The position numbers and the translations under genes are program-made. Under the pieces are notes generated by a model. It ran no database searches. It was given only the letters and a program-made list of their open reading frames with translations, and was not told where the DNA came from. Positions 1 through 10,150 of a stretch of DNA of 64,000 bases are shown here, in pieces (the first letter of the stretch is position 1; every line of letters starts with the position of its first letter). The stretch is from an uncultured Gammaproteobacteria bacterium (lineage in GTDB: Bacteria; Pseudomonadota; Gammaproteobacteria; UBA9214), in NCBI GenBank assembly GCA_963827755.1, contig CAWHCQ010000014.1, positions 54,383 to 118,382 of the forward strand. Reading direction: 5' to 3'.

Positions 1-869
1 ACAACCACGCCGCCAACGACTTCACCTTCGCCATCGAGTTCGGCGATACCACGGCGCAGTTGTGGCCCCAGGCGTATATCTGCAACATCGTCCAGCAGTA
101 TGGGAGTACCGCGCTCATTCACCCCCAGCGGGATATGGCGCAGGTCATCGATTTCGTCGACGTAGCCGGTTGCACGGACCATGTACTCGGCTTCCGCCAT
201 TTCGATCACCGATCCGCCGGTCTCCTGGTTACCGCGCATGATAGCGAGTTTGATCTTTGCCAGTGGCAGGTCGTAGGCCCTTAACTTGTTCGGGTCGAGC
301 ACCACCTGGTATTGCTTGACCATGCCGCCGATGGTGGCGACCTCGGATACACCATGCACCGTTTGCAGTTCGTATTTCAGAAACCAGTCCTGCAGGCTGC
401 GCAGTTGCGACAGGTCGTGCCGGCCACTGCGGTCGACCAGTGCATATTCATAGACCCAGCCGACGCCGGTGGCATCCGGGCCCAGTTCCGGGCGTGCCTC
501 GGCCGGCAGTTTGTTGCTCACCTGGCTGAGGTATTCCAGTACCCGTGAGCGTGCCCAGTAGAGATCGGTGCCATCCTCGAAGATGACGTACACATAGGAA
601 TCGCCGAAGAAGGAGTAGCCGCGTACATTGACTGCCCGCGGGACGGACAGCATGGCTGTAGTCAGAGGGTAGGTGACCTGGTCCTCGATGACCTGTGGCG
701 CCTGCCCGGGATAGCTTGTCTTGATAATGACCTGAACATCGGACAGGTCCGGAATCGCATCCAGCGGCGTATTCTTCACGGCATAAATACCCCAGCCGGT
801 GAGGATTACGCCAAGCAGGATAACCATGAAGCGGTTACGCGTCGACCAGTCGATGATGAATGCAATCAT
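1..869 (-). CDS. cusA: CusA/CzcA-family heavy-metal RND efflux permease, N-terminal part (runs off window start)
   Basis: Manual translation [20 protein letters not shown]...[40 protein letters not shown]...[16 protein letters not shown] is the CusA N-terminus; ATGA overlap with the cusB stop. Confidence 0.93.
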   Translation of the reverse strand, partial: MIAFIIDWSTRNRFMVILLGVILTGWGIYAVKNTPLDAIPDLSDVQVIIKTSYPGQAPQVIEDQVTYPLTTAMLSVPRAVNVRGYSFFGDSYVYVIFEDGTDLYWARSRVLEYLSQVSNKLPAEARPELGPDATGVGWVYEYALVDRSGRHDLSQLRSLQDWFLKYELQTVHGVSEVATIGGMVKQYQVVLDPNKLRAYDLPLAKIKLAIMRGNQETGGSVIEMAEAEYMVRATGYVDEIDDLRHIPLGVNERGTPILLDDVADIRLGPQLRRGIAELDGEGEVVGGVV

Positions 870-2074
870 GGTTGCGTGTCCTGCTTGTCTGTTACAGGTG
901 GACTCATGCGCATTATGCTTGCCCTGAGGCTGGCCTCGGAGTCGATGAGGAACTGTCCGGAGACGACGATAGACTCGCCGGCATCCACCCCTTCAAGAAT
1001 CTCCACCCAGTTACCGCTTTCGATGCCGGCACGTACCTTGCGCGCCTCGAAACGTCCGTTACCGCGATCGATGATGACGCGCTCCTCGCGCCCGGTGCGG
1101 ATCAGTGCCTCGAGCGGAATCACAATGACGTCATTTTTCGGCCCGCCGTAGATTTTGATATTGGCGTACATGTTGGGCTTGAGTGCTTCATCCGGATTGG
1201 GAAAGCGCAGGCGTGCTTTCAGCGTGCGGGTCTTCGGGTCGAGGCTCGGATAAATATATTCCACTTTGCCTTCCCAGGTGCGCCCCGGTAAAAAAGCCAG
1301 GCTGACCTCGGCGCTTTGACCGACCTTGACCCAGTCGGCCTGGCGTTCAAAGACCTCGGCCAGCAGCCACACGCTGGACAGGTCTGCGAGACTCATGACC
1401 GTGGTGGCGGGTTTGATGTACATGCCTTCACGTACACTGAGTGATGCGACCACGCCATCCTGTGGCGCATAGACCGGTATCGTCTGGCTGGCTTTTCTGT
1501 CTTTTTCCAGTTGCCTGATCTGGCTGTCCGGTATGCCGAGTGCGTCAAGCCGGCTGCGCGATGCGCGCACCAGTCCCTTGTTGCCGAGATTCAGTGCCTG
1601 CACGAATTCTTCCTGGGCATTGACCAGCTCCGGTGAATAGACGTTAAACAGACGCTGGCCACGGTTGACACGTTCACCCTCGGACTCAACGGCGAGATCC
1701 TCGATCCAGCCCTCGGTGCGCAGGTGGATATGACTGACCCTTGATTCGTCGTAATCGACGTAGCCCACGGTATCGATGCCGCGCCACAGGCGGGAGCGTT
1801 CGGCGACGGCGGTGCGCACGCCGAGGTTCTGCACCACTTCCGGCGCAATGGTGACGCCATTGCCGTCACCGCCGCTATCATCGGCATACACCGGCACCAG
1901 CTCCATGCCCATGGGGGATTTGCCCGGCTTGTCGCGCCGGTAGTTGGCATCCATGGGCGCGACCCAGTAGAGGATTTTGCGATCGCTGTCTTCTGCCGGT
2001 ATGGCAGGCAAGGGGGCCAGTAACAGGACAAACAGGCAAGCGCTGATCCAGGTGTTGGAATTGAATGTGTTCAT
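866..2074 (-). CDS. cusB: CusB-family RND periplasmic adaptor
   Basis: YWVAPMD...[12 protein letters not shown] metal-binding motif, [26 protein letters not shown]. Confidence 0.92.
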   Translation of the reverse strand: MNTFNSNTWISACLFVLLLAPLPAIPAEDSDRKILYWVAPMDANYRRDKPGKSPMGMELVPVYADDSGGDGNGVTIAPEVVQNLGVRTAVAERSRLWRGIDTVGYVDYDESRVSHIHLRTEGWIEDLAVESEGERVNRGQRLFNVYSPELVNAQEEFVQALNLGNKGLVRASRSRLDALGIPDSQIRQLEKDRKASQTIPVYAPQDGVVASLSVREGMYIKPATTVMSLADLSSVWLLAEVFERQADWVKVGQSAEVSLAFLPGRTWEGKVEYIYPSLDPKTRTLKARLRFPNPDEALKPNMYANIKIYGGPKNDVIVIPLEALIRTGREERVIIDRGNGRFEARKVRAGIESGNWVEILEGVDAGESIVVSGQFLIDSEASLRASIMRMSPPVTDKQDTQP

Positions 2075-3396
2075 CGGGCTTCTCCGGCCAGGTAAAGCAG
2101 GTTGGCTTGTGATTTGGCGCGGTCTACGCGGATGCGCAGGGCTTCGAGGCGCACATCCAGGTCGGTGATGCGCGCTCGCATCAGGGTGGTGAATTCGGTC
2201 ACGCCGCTCTGGTAGGCATTCAGCGAGGCAAGCGCATTGGCAGCGGATTCATTCAACAGCTGCGAGTCGTACAGCGCGGCACGTTCACCCAGACGCAGCC
2301 AGTTGGCATAGTCCGTGTCCAGCATCTGCTGCAGTTCACGCAGCGTGTCGTCACGGGTCAGTTGCACGGCCTCGGCCTGCAGAATGCTCGCGGAGAGGCG
2401 CTTGTCCTGGCGCTTGTCCGGGAACACGGGCAGATCCAGCGTGACCATGGCCGCCATCATATCGCTGCGGTCGTCACCGGCCGGGTCGTCACCGAAGCGC
2501 TGGCGGTATTCCACCCCGGCACTCCATCCGGGCTTGTATTGTTCGCGGGCGATCTGTATTGCCCGGTTGCTGGCATCGAGTTTGGCCGTCTCGGAACGGA
2601 AAACCGGGTGTAGCGGCAGTGCGGATGCCAGTTCTTTCTTCGAGGGCAGGGCGGGTAATTCCGGGAATTGCTCGTCAACCGGCAGCAGCGCTGCATCACC
2701 AATCCACCTCATCAACACGGCACGGGCCTTGTCGGCCTCGTTCAGGATGCGGGTGGTGCGGTCGTCAAGCCGGGATAATTCCAGTGAAGCGCGCAGCACA
2801 TCCTGCTGGTTGGCGCGGCCGTTTGCATAATGTGTCCGGGTAATATCCACCAGTTGGGCAAACAGCCTGCGGGTCTTGTGGATAAGCTGTTCCGCCTGCA
2901 GCTGGTAGTAGAGTTCCAGGAACTGGTTGCGCGCATCGCGGACCAGCTTGCGCGTTGTGTTCTCGCTGGACGCCTGTTCGGCATCGGCCATCGATTCGGT
3001 CTGCAGCTGTTTGAAATGCAGGGTCTTTCCACGAGGGAAGGCCTGTACAACACCGAGCCGCAGCTGGGTCGTCGGTTCCCTGTCGATGTCGAAATCATCC
3101 AGCGGCAGGTTATACAGACCGGTTTTCAGTTTCGGATCGGGCAGCTGTCCGTCTGCGATGGCGGTGTCACCAAGCGCCCGCGCGCGTGCCTCGCTTGCCG
3201 CAATGACAGGGTCGGCCAGCAGTGCCAGGCGTACCACTTCATTGATGTCCAGGCCGGCATGGACGTTGACAGAAAATGCTAACAGTACTGGCAGCACGGA
3301 TAGCATGACCGTCCGTTTCAGGTTTGTTTCAGGCCGATTATGTTGCGAGTACGCGGCAGTGCACAGTGACCGGACCGTTCTCCGGGTGTAGGACAT
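2071..3396 (-). CDS. TolC/CusC-family outer-membrane efflux protein (true start may be near 3306)
   Basis: GQLPDPKLK, Q-x-FP-x-G and TLDLPVF motifs; overlaps the cusB start. Confidence 0.85.
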   Translation of the reverse strand: MSYTRRTVRSLCTAAYSQHNRPETNLKRTVMLSVLPVLLAFSVNVHAGLDINEVVRLALLADPVIAASEARARALGDTAIADGQLPDPKLKTGLYNLPLDDFDIDREPTTQLRLGVVQAFPRGKTLHFKQLQTESMADAEQASSENTTRKLVRDARNQFLELYYQLQAEQLIHKTRRLFAQLVDITRTHYANGRANQQDVLRASLELSRLDDRTTRILNEADKARAVLMRWIGDAALLPVDEQFPELPALPSKKELASALPLHPVFRSETAKLDASNRAIQIAREQYKPGWSAGVEYRQRFGDDPAGDDRSDMMAAMVTLDLPVFPDKRQDKRLSASILQAEAVQLTRDDTLRELQQMLDTDYANWLRLGERAALYDSQLLNESAANALASLNAYQSGVTEFTTLMRARITDLDVRLEALRIRVDRAKSQANLLYLAGEAR

Positions 3397-3480
3397 GATA
3401 ATTCTCCATAGCCAATCAGAATAAAAACATCACGCACGGTCACTGCCGGTAATGGCAGTAATCAGCGTAAACAGATTGAA

Positions 3481-3873
3481 CTACAGGGATGCGGGTGGTC
3501 GCAGGGGCGGGGTGATGCTGCGCTCGGGGTAATTGTATAAAAAAACCGGAGTAAGCGGTGCTGCGGGGATGTCGACCGATGCGTTGATAATGCGGGCGGC
3601 AGCGGATGCGCCATGGGCGCAGGCATTGCAGTTTGCTGCATTGCAATCGCTGCCGCAGCAACCGTTGCAGGTATGGCCGGGTTCGCTGTCAGCGCTTTGT
3701 GAGTGCAGTATGGTATCTGTATCAGACGCCTGTGAGTCGTGCTGCATCTGTGCGCAATGGTCTGCTGTATCCACAGGGGCGTTGGCCTGCATGGCCCAGG
3801 TCGCACGCAATGGCGCAAGTGCCAGTGCAAGCATCATCAGGATCAACAGGCCTTTATGCAGCGACGTTTTCAT
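3481..3873 (-). CDS. CopL/DUF2946-like Cys/His-rich metal-responsive leader protein
   Basis: Signal peptide, HTCNGCCGSDCNAANCNACAH Cys cluster, C-terminal PPLRPP; directly upstream of the cus operon. Confidence 0.7.
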   Translation of the reverse strand: MKTSLHKGLLILMMLALALAPLRATWAMQANAPVDTADHCAQMQHDSQASDTDTILHSQSADSEPGHTCNGCCGSDCNAANCNACAHGASAAARIINASVDIPAAPLTPVFLYNYPERSITPPLRPPASL

Positions 3874-4090
3874 ATATCTACAGGGTATCCCCGATCTGCT
3901 GCCATTATCAAGCAGCGCTGCTTTAGCTATCGGCAGGGCGAGGCGTGTATTGACTTTAGCGGCCGATGGCAGTTCCCCGAATAGTGATAATATTTTTATA
4001 AAAGTTGCATAAACTATTGTTAATAAATATTAATTAATGGTGATATGGGATCAGGATACCAGACCTGCAGTGTGGCAGTACACCCGGCGC

Positions 4091-4143
4091 AAAAAAATAC
4101 CCCGGGGCAGATATACGCTGTTCTGTATATCTGCCACCAGGGT
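4091..4143 (-). terminator. Rho-independent terminator downstream of the SoxB-like gene
   Basis: GGCAGATATAC (4106-4116) / GTATATCTGCC (4125-4135) stem with an outer extension; A7 at 4091-4097 gives a U-tract on the minus strand. Confidence 0.7.
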
Positions 4144-4179
4144 GTGTGCAATTACAGGAAACTTCAGATCCTGTTTTTA

Positions 4180-6360
4180 TTAACCATCGATGATCCCGGA
4201 GAAGAACTTTGGACCGGCACCGAACGGTGGTTGAACCAGGGTGTCATCCGGCGTGTTGTCCGGCTGGCCAATCTGATCGGCCTCGGGTTCCGTGGGATTA
4301 CCCACGAGGGTCGAATCCACCGTTGTCACACGGGGATCGCCGACGCCGAATTGTGTCCCGACAACCTTTCTATCCGTCAGGTTGTCCAGGAACAGGCGCA
4401 TGGCATGTACCGGGTGCAGGAAGTTGTTCGGCGCGACCTGCTTGACCATCGGTCCGGTAATGATATTCATGTCGTTGACCGGCATCTCAAGACTGATGGC
4501 GCTCTCGTAGTCGGTTCCATCGGCAAGCGCAAAGAAGCGGAAATTGGCGCCGCCACCGGTACGGCAAACATCATCCAGAGGATTTCCGTGTCCATAACAG
4601 GAGGCGAAGACATAGCGTTTGCTCAGGTCCAGAGGTTGACCGCCGATTTTTGTTTCGACGACACGGCTGCCCGAACTGCTGAAAGGCCTGTTTTTCAGGT
4701 CGATTTTCTGTTCCATGTTGGCAAGGCCCAGGTACCAGCCACCACGTTGCATAAACACATTGCGGTCGAAAACAGCACCCAGAATCGTGTTCAGGCTGTT
4801 CTGGATGGCCTGGCCCGAGAAGTCCGCAATATTGACGGCGGGTGCGATCGGGAACCATGTGTACAGGTCGCGCAGTGTTATGTCCTGTCCCGGCAGTACC
4901 GCGTTACCGAAGCGGAAACCGTTGGCCATGGACAGGTCCACACCATTCCAGCCGGGAATCCCGCTGCCGGGTGCAATCGGATCCGTCACTGCCAGGATAG
5001 CGTCCGCGATGAAATTATTCAGCGTGTCTTCCAGAACGTGATGACGCAACAATAGGGTATCGGTCTCGCCTACAACGGTATCGAGTCCGTCGACGAGCTG
5101 CAGACCGCGAGCGTTGGTGTCGGTGCCAAAACCACCCGGCATGAAGGTATGTGGTACGAAATCAGGGCCGTCGAGGAAGGGCGCCTCGATGGACGCAACC
5201 AGCGCCAGCATATCCGTGTCCTCGTCAATGGAATCATCGACCGGGATATTCTCCCACTGGAAATCGACCACCTTGCCGTTTTTTACCTCCAGGTCGAGTC
5301 GGCCGACATACATATCGCGGTTTGTCTCGACGACAATGGCTGCTCCTTCACGCACGTGCTTGCGTTCACTGTTGGTAGGTGGCAGCCCCGGCGTGGTGCG
5401 GATGATCTCCTTATCAGTAGCCAGGAATGCCCCGAGGGTCGCTTCATGGGTATGCGCCGAGTACATTACGTCAATGTCCCTGAAGCTTTGCGCGATCTTG
5501 AGGTTCTGCGGCAGGCCGAGCTCGGACTGGACCACGATGAGGCAGTCGTAGTTGCAGTCTGGATCATTCTTGACCATCTCGATGATCCCGGGTAGTTCCT
5601 CGATGCCCTGGGTAAAACGGAAGGTAATATTGAAGGCATCGGCCTGCTGCGGAACGATAGATGCCGTGAGACCGATGACGGCAATCTTGATGCCCTTGCG
5701 CTCGATAATCTTGTAGGGATCAAGGACCCGCTGCCCCTGAAACATAGCCGGCAAGGGCGCTGCGTTGTAGAGATTGACTGCAACGGCCGGGAAATTTGCC
5801 TGGATGATACCCTGGCGTTCGCTGCAGGTACCTGCCGGAGCCCCGGTGCAATCCTCGTAACCGGCCATTACCGTGATATTGGGTGGCGGCGCCGGGAACG
5901 GTGGCCTGGTAGCGAAGCGGTTGCGGAACACGGCGGCGCCGTAACCGAAGTCCCAGTTACCCGGTGTGAATACGTCGATATCGAAGGTGTTCATCGCCTT
6001 CATCATTGCATCGCCGACGGTGAACAGAGTCTCGGCACTGCCGTGGGTCAAGTCACCGGCGGAGAGCAGCACACTCCCGTCCGGATTATCCGCGCGGATG
6101 TCATCCACGAGCCACTTTAGCCTTGCCAGGCCGCCGGCATCGGCGACCTGTCGCTCGCTGCCATCGAGTTCGGTGAATACAGCGGCATGCGAGACGAGGG
6201 TGCCGTGCAGGTCACCCATTTCGATGAGTGTGACAACATTCTTGCCTTTTTTCTTGCCATCTTTCTTGGCATAAGCGAGCCCGGGCGCGCTGGCCAGACT
6301 AAAGGATAGTGTGGCGAGCAGTGCCCACAGAAATCCCGTTTTATGGATTCGTGTAGTCAT
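4180..6360 (-). CDS. SoxB-like / 5'-nucleotidase-family dimetal hydrolase, exported
   Basis: Metallophosphoesterase motifs GDLHG, GGLARL, AGDLTHGS, GNWDF, SAHTHE; C-terminal NGFRFG and FMQRGG resemble SoxB GFRWG and YYQQGG; Sec-type signal peptide. Confidence 0.75.
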   Translation of the reverse strand: MTTRIHKTGFLWALLATLSFSLASAPGLAYAKKDGKKKGKNVVTLIEMGDLHGTLVSHAAVFTELDGSERQVADAGGLARLKWLVDDIRADNPDGSVLLSAGDLTHGSAETLFTVGDAMMKAMNTFDIDVFTPGNWDFGYGAAVFRNRFATRPPFPAPPPNITVMAGYEDCTGAPAGTCSERQGIIQANFPAVAVNLYNAAPLPAMFQGQRVLDPYKIIERKGIKIAVIGLTASIVPQQADAFNITFRFTQGIEELPGIIEMVKNDPDCNYDCLIVVQSELGLPQNLKIAQSFRDIDVMYSAHTHEATLGAFLATDKEIIRTTPGLPPTNSERKHVREGAAIVVETNRDMYVGRLDLEVKNGKVVDFQWENIPVDDSIDEDTDMLALVASIEAPFLDGPDFVPHTFMPGGFGTDTNARGLQLVDGLDTVVGETDTLLLRHHVLEDTLNNFIADAILAVTDPIAPGSGIPGWNGVDLSMANGFRFGNAVLPGQDITLRDLYTWFPIAPAVNIADFSGQAIQNSLNTILGAVFDRNVFMQRGGWYLGLANMEQKIDLKNRPFSSSGSRVVETKIGGQPLDLSKRYVFASCYGHGNPLDDVCRTGGGANFRFFALADGTDYESAISLEMPVNDMNIITGPMVKQVAPNNFLHPVHAMRLFLDNLTDRKVVGTQFGVGDPRVTTVDSTLVGNPTEPEADQIGQPDNTPDDTLVQPPFGAGPKFFSGIIDG

Positions 6361-6606
6361 GAAATTTTCCTCGGTGAGATTCAGGTCGTGGTTTCCGGTT
6401 GTTGTTTTTTTATCCGGTAAGAGTGTTTATTTTTGACAGGTAGATTCTAGGCAAAGCATGCCCGCCGGGATATAGGCCGACTTCAGTGACACGGATGGGG
6501 AAACCCCTGAAGTAGGATAGGGAAAAAACCGATTAGAAAATTATGATGATCTAATATTTGCGCAGAGGCGAGGCGGAATCTTTACAGGGCTTGTTCATAA
6601 GTGAGC

Positions 6607-8088
6607 TCAGAATACCCAGGTAAGCTGGGTCAGAAACCGGTTATCAACGGTGTTGACGATATTCCTGACGTTGCGGGTAATGTCGTCTGCCACGGCCTGG
6701 ACAGGAAAGATTCCACCCGGAGCGCTGCCGGCATAGGCACGGGGTGCTTCCACATCCCTGAAGACGTAATTGACTGTGAGCCGCAGCTTGCGGCTGAAAT
6801 GATAGTTCAAGCCCAGCGTGATATCGGTGAGTTCGCGCTCGTTGCCCTGGTTGACTGTTCTGGAGGTATCGTACAGCAGGTCATGGCGGTGATAACGCAG
6901 GTCAAATTGCCATTTATTGTTTGGGTAAAAGCCCAGGTCAAGGGTGTACCCGCGTGCCTTGTTGCCATCCTCGGCCGCAATCTGCAGGTTGCCGTTATCA
7001 ATATTACCTTCAGCAACGCCGCCCGCCGGCGCGATAAAGATCATGCCATCGGCCTGCATGAGTTCAGCCCCAAGGCGATATTTGTATTCAGGTCCAAACA
7101 GCCGGCCCAGCGCCCTGGCTCCAATACCATAGCGGATACGGTCATAGTCCTTATGTGTCGGGTCTGAACTGAATTCACGTTCCCCGTGCTGGTACCAGCC
7201 ATAGAATTTTATCCCGTTGCTATTGACCCCCCATCCGCCGGGCAGGCCATATTCAGCGGAGGTATAGAGATACAGCTCGGGAGTATCGTTGGTGGTATCT
7301 GTTTCATGGATGGCTTCCCCGCGGCCAAGCATGATGGCATATGACAAATCCCAGCCTTTCCTTTTGAAGGAGTCGAACACCTGCAATCCCCAGTCGCGTA
7401 CGCCATTGGTACCATATGCGTGATTTTCCGGTACCCCCGGGACGGGTGATGCCGGTGACCCGGCCGGCTTCGCCGCACCCTTGACAAAACGTTCCAGTAC
7501 TTCGCGAGCGACAAAATCGGTGAGTTCAACGTAATCGAGGGTATGCACACCCTGCAGGGCCTCTTCCGGCCCCGGTGTTTTGAACAGGCCGGCCCGCAGG
7601 CGTGCGCCGGTGACATGGTTGAATGTCACGCTGAGATGATCGAGGGCAACGGCACGGGCACGATCACCAAAGGGATCGTAGGTCAGCAGGTTCGGCGCTA
7701 CCTCGAACAGGGTGAAATAATTCATCTTCGCGGTGAAAGGGTTGCGCAGCCTGCCGGTGAACAGGCCGCGTACGCCGAACCGGGCGCGACGGACATGAAA
7801 CCTGTCGCTCTCATCAAACCAGGGGGCAACCGAGCTGATCGCGAGGCGTTCGCCATTATTGGCAGAGAAATCCGGCGGTCCCGGTGAATCGGTCAATCCG
7901 CTCAGTTTGTCGCTGCTGTCATGGCTATAGGCAGGCTGGATAAATCCCCAGGTTCGATGGGCGGGGGCGAGGGGATGTTCGGTCCCTTGCAGCACCAGCC
8001 AGTTTGCAGCAAGTGCCGCACCAGGATGTCCATGCAGAAGGTATAAACAGGTGGAAAGGCGAGCAAGCCATTTACAGGTTTGTTTCAT
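6607..8088 (-). CDS. Putative outer-membrane porin (OprO/P-like anion-selective beta-barrel)
   Basis: Signal peptide; F-x-VRRARFGVRG, RLRAGLFKTP, RDWGLQVF, ITLGLNYHF...LTVNY motifs; C-terminal aromatic residue (TWVF). Confidence 0.65.
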   Translation of the reverse strand: MKQTCKWLARLSTCLYLLHGHPGAALAANWLVLQGTEHPLAPAHRTWGFIQPAYSHDSSDKLSGLTDSPGPPDFSANNGERLAISSVAPWFDESDRFHVRRARFGVRGLFTGRLRNPFTAKMNYFTLFEVAPNLLTYDPFGDRARAVALDHLSVTFNHVTGARLRAGLFKTPGPEEALQGVHTLDYVELTDFVAREVLERFVKGAAKPAGSPASPVPGVPENHAYGTNGVRDWGLQVFDSFKRKGWDLSYAIMLGRGEAIHETDTTNDTPELYLYTSAEYGLPGGWGVNSNGIKFYGWYQHGEREFSSDPTHKDYDRIRYGIGARALGRLFGPEYKYRLGAELMQADGMIFIAPAGGVAEGNIDNGNLQIAAEDGNKARGYTLDLGFYPNNKWQFDLRYHRHDLLYDTSRTVNQGNERELTDITLGLNYHFSRKLRLTVNYVFRDVEAPRAYAGSAPGGIFPVQAVADDITRNVRNIVNTVDNRFLTQLTWVF

Positions 8089-8114
8089 GCGTTTCCGTTC
8101 AAAGACCGGATTCT

Positions 8115-8762
8115 TCAGGGGGTTATGATACCCAGTCGGATGGCAAGGCGTGTAAGGGCGGCGATGTCAGAGACGCCGAGTTTCTTCTTGACGCTGGTAC
8201 AGTGATGTCCGACGGTTTTTGGGCTGAGGTTGAGGATTTTCGCGATGTCGTTGACCGACTTGCTGTCAGCGAGAAGATGAAACACCTCGAATTCCCTTGG
8301 AGACAAGCTGGAAACTGAATCAGTTCCCGGGGCCGATTTTTGTTTTACCAGGTAGGGCATCATTTCCTGACCAACAAACAGTTCTCCTCTGGCAACCTTG
8401 CGTACCGCATCAACCATAACCTGCGAGGCGCTGCGCTTTGAAATGTAGCCAAGTATCCCGGCATCAAGTGCCCGCTGCAGAAATACCTCGTTCTCGTGCA
8501 CACTGAAAACCAGTATTTTCGCAGCAGCGTCTTTTGCCAGTATTCGCCGGCTGGCTTCCAGTCCCCCCATACCCGGCATCGAGAGATCCATCACCACTAC
8601 ATTCGGGTGATATTCGAAATAGCCGGTATAGGCTTCCTCTCCGCTTGCCGCTTCCGCTATAACGGCAATCCCGTTTGTTGCTTCAAGCAAACGGCGATAC
8701 CCGGAACGAACAACCTCGTGATCGTCCACCAGCAAAACACTGATATTGTTCCCGTTATTCAT
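8115..8762 (-). CDS. NarL/UvrY-family response regulator (REC + LuxR HTH)
   Basis: VLLVDDH, MDLSMPG, LSPREFEVF...LNLSPKTV. Confidence 0.92.
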   Translation of the reverse strand: MNNGNNISVLLVDDHEVVRSGYRRLLEATNGIAVIAEAASGEEAYTGYFEYHPNVVVMDLSMPGMGGLEASRRILAKDAAAKILVFSVHENEVFLQRALDAGILGYISKRSASQVMVDAVRKVARGELFVGQEMMPYLVKQKSAPGTDSVSSLSPREFEVFHLLADSKSVNDIAKILNLSPKTVGHHCTSVKKKLGVSDIAALTRLAIRLGIITP

Positions 8763-10150
8763 CAGAGTATTTTTCGCCTGTCTACGGTTTTTTGACTCTC
8801 TTCAGGTATGTTTACAAGTATCGAAAGACCCTTGCCGGGTTCGGACTCCATGGAAAATTTGCCACCAAGGGCCTCGGCCCGTTCGCGCATCCCGATTAAA
8901 CCCAGGCCGCTACCTGTTGCAGACAGGTCCATTCCCTTGCCATTATCTTTGACCCCCAGAACCAGGCCATCCGTGTTGATTGACAAGTCTATTGTAACCC
9001 GGGTGGCATCCGCATATTTTGCAATATTTGTCAGGCATTCCTGAACGATCCGGTAGATTGTGATATTGATTCTTTCTCCCGGGTTGGCAAGTTCGCCCGA
9101 GATATTAAACGTACATTTTGTCTTCGGATTTCTCTCTTGCCAGGCGGAGATTTCCTCCCGCAACGCATCAACCAGTCCGAGATCATCCAGGATGCCGGGG
9201 CGAAGCCGCTGCATCATCGAGTGAACAGTCTCGTAAATACGGGATGAGACTTGCAGGATTGCACTGGAACTGGCTGTGATACGTTCATCGCGCCCTTGTG
9301 ACAGATCGCGAATGGATTCCGCATCGGCCTGAATGGCCGTGATGCACTGGCCGAGTTCATCATGCAGCTCACGCGCGAGGTGCTTGCGTTCCTCTTCCTG
9401 TACTGCCAGCGAGGTATGCACCAGTTGGCGGTTTTCCGCCAGTAATTTGCTTGCTTTTTTCTCCGCTTTTTCCAGCTGCTGCGAGCGGCTCGACACCTCG
9501 GTCACCATTTTGTTGAAGGCCCTGGCAGTCATGCCGACCTCATCCGCAGTCTCTACAGGTATATTTATCGAGTAGTTTCCACCCCCCACCTGTTGGGCTG
9601 CGTTTGACAATGCCCCAAGCCTGCGAGTCAGGCCCAGCCCGAGAAGAACGGTGACGATGACGGTTAGCAGTATTTCTATCGCTGCAATCGAAATTCCGCG
9701 CAAGCGCGATTTCTGGATGGCCTCTTCCATGAGTGAAAGAGAAAATCCCATCAACACCTTGCCCATCGGTTGAGCGGCGACTGTGATCTCGCTGGACGTG
9801 TCGAACACACCATCCGTAACCTGGGCCGGGTGCGTGTCAATAATCGGCCGGGTTGCCCGCGGTGCAGAACCCAGCGTAATGACGGCACTGTCATCCCGGT
9901 CGAGAATAACCAGGTATGCAAGTTCCTTATAGCCCATTACCTTTTCCAGGTAATCGCTGCAGGGTTGCGTAATCCACTGCTACCATGTAATTACCGGAAG
10001 TGTTGGCTATTTGCCGGATCATGCTGGACGCCGTATCCCTTAACCGATCAGTGTGCGTCGTGTGGATGATGGTGATGTTATTCCATACCAGCAGCGACAA
10101 CATGACGATCTCGATGGTAACTACGCTTGCGATCAGGCGAAATCTGAGTG
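8762..10150 (-). CDS. HAMP-HisKA_3 sensor histidine kinase; frameshift near 9955; native start lost by fusion to the upstream PhnD-like fragment
   Basis: ELHDELGQ H-box, RIVQECLTN, DNGKG, GLGLIGMRER; TM1 (SLRFRLIASVVTIEIVMLSLLVWNN) lies in another frame and joins via DYATL-DYLEKVMGYKEL. Confidence 0.8.

Noticed and set aside
3980-4045. AT-rich patch as a mobile-element end or island boundary
   Set aside because: No integrase, transposase or direct repeats; most simply the promoter region of the copL-cus operon
4180-6360. Calling the gene canonical soxB or ushA
   Set aside because: Motifs are intermediate (GNWDF), there is no Tat signal and no sox neighbours, so it is left as SoxB-like
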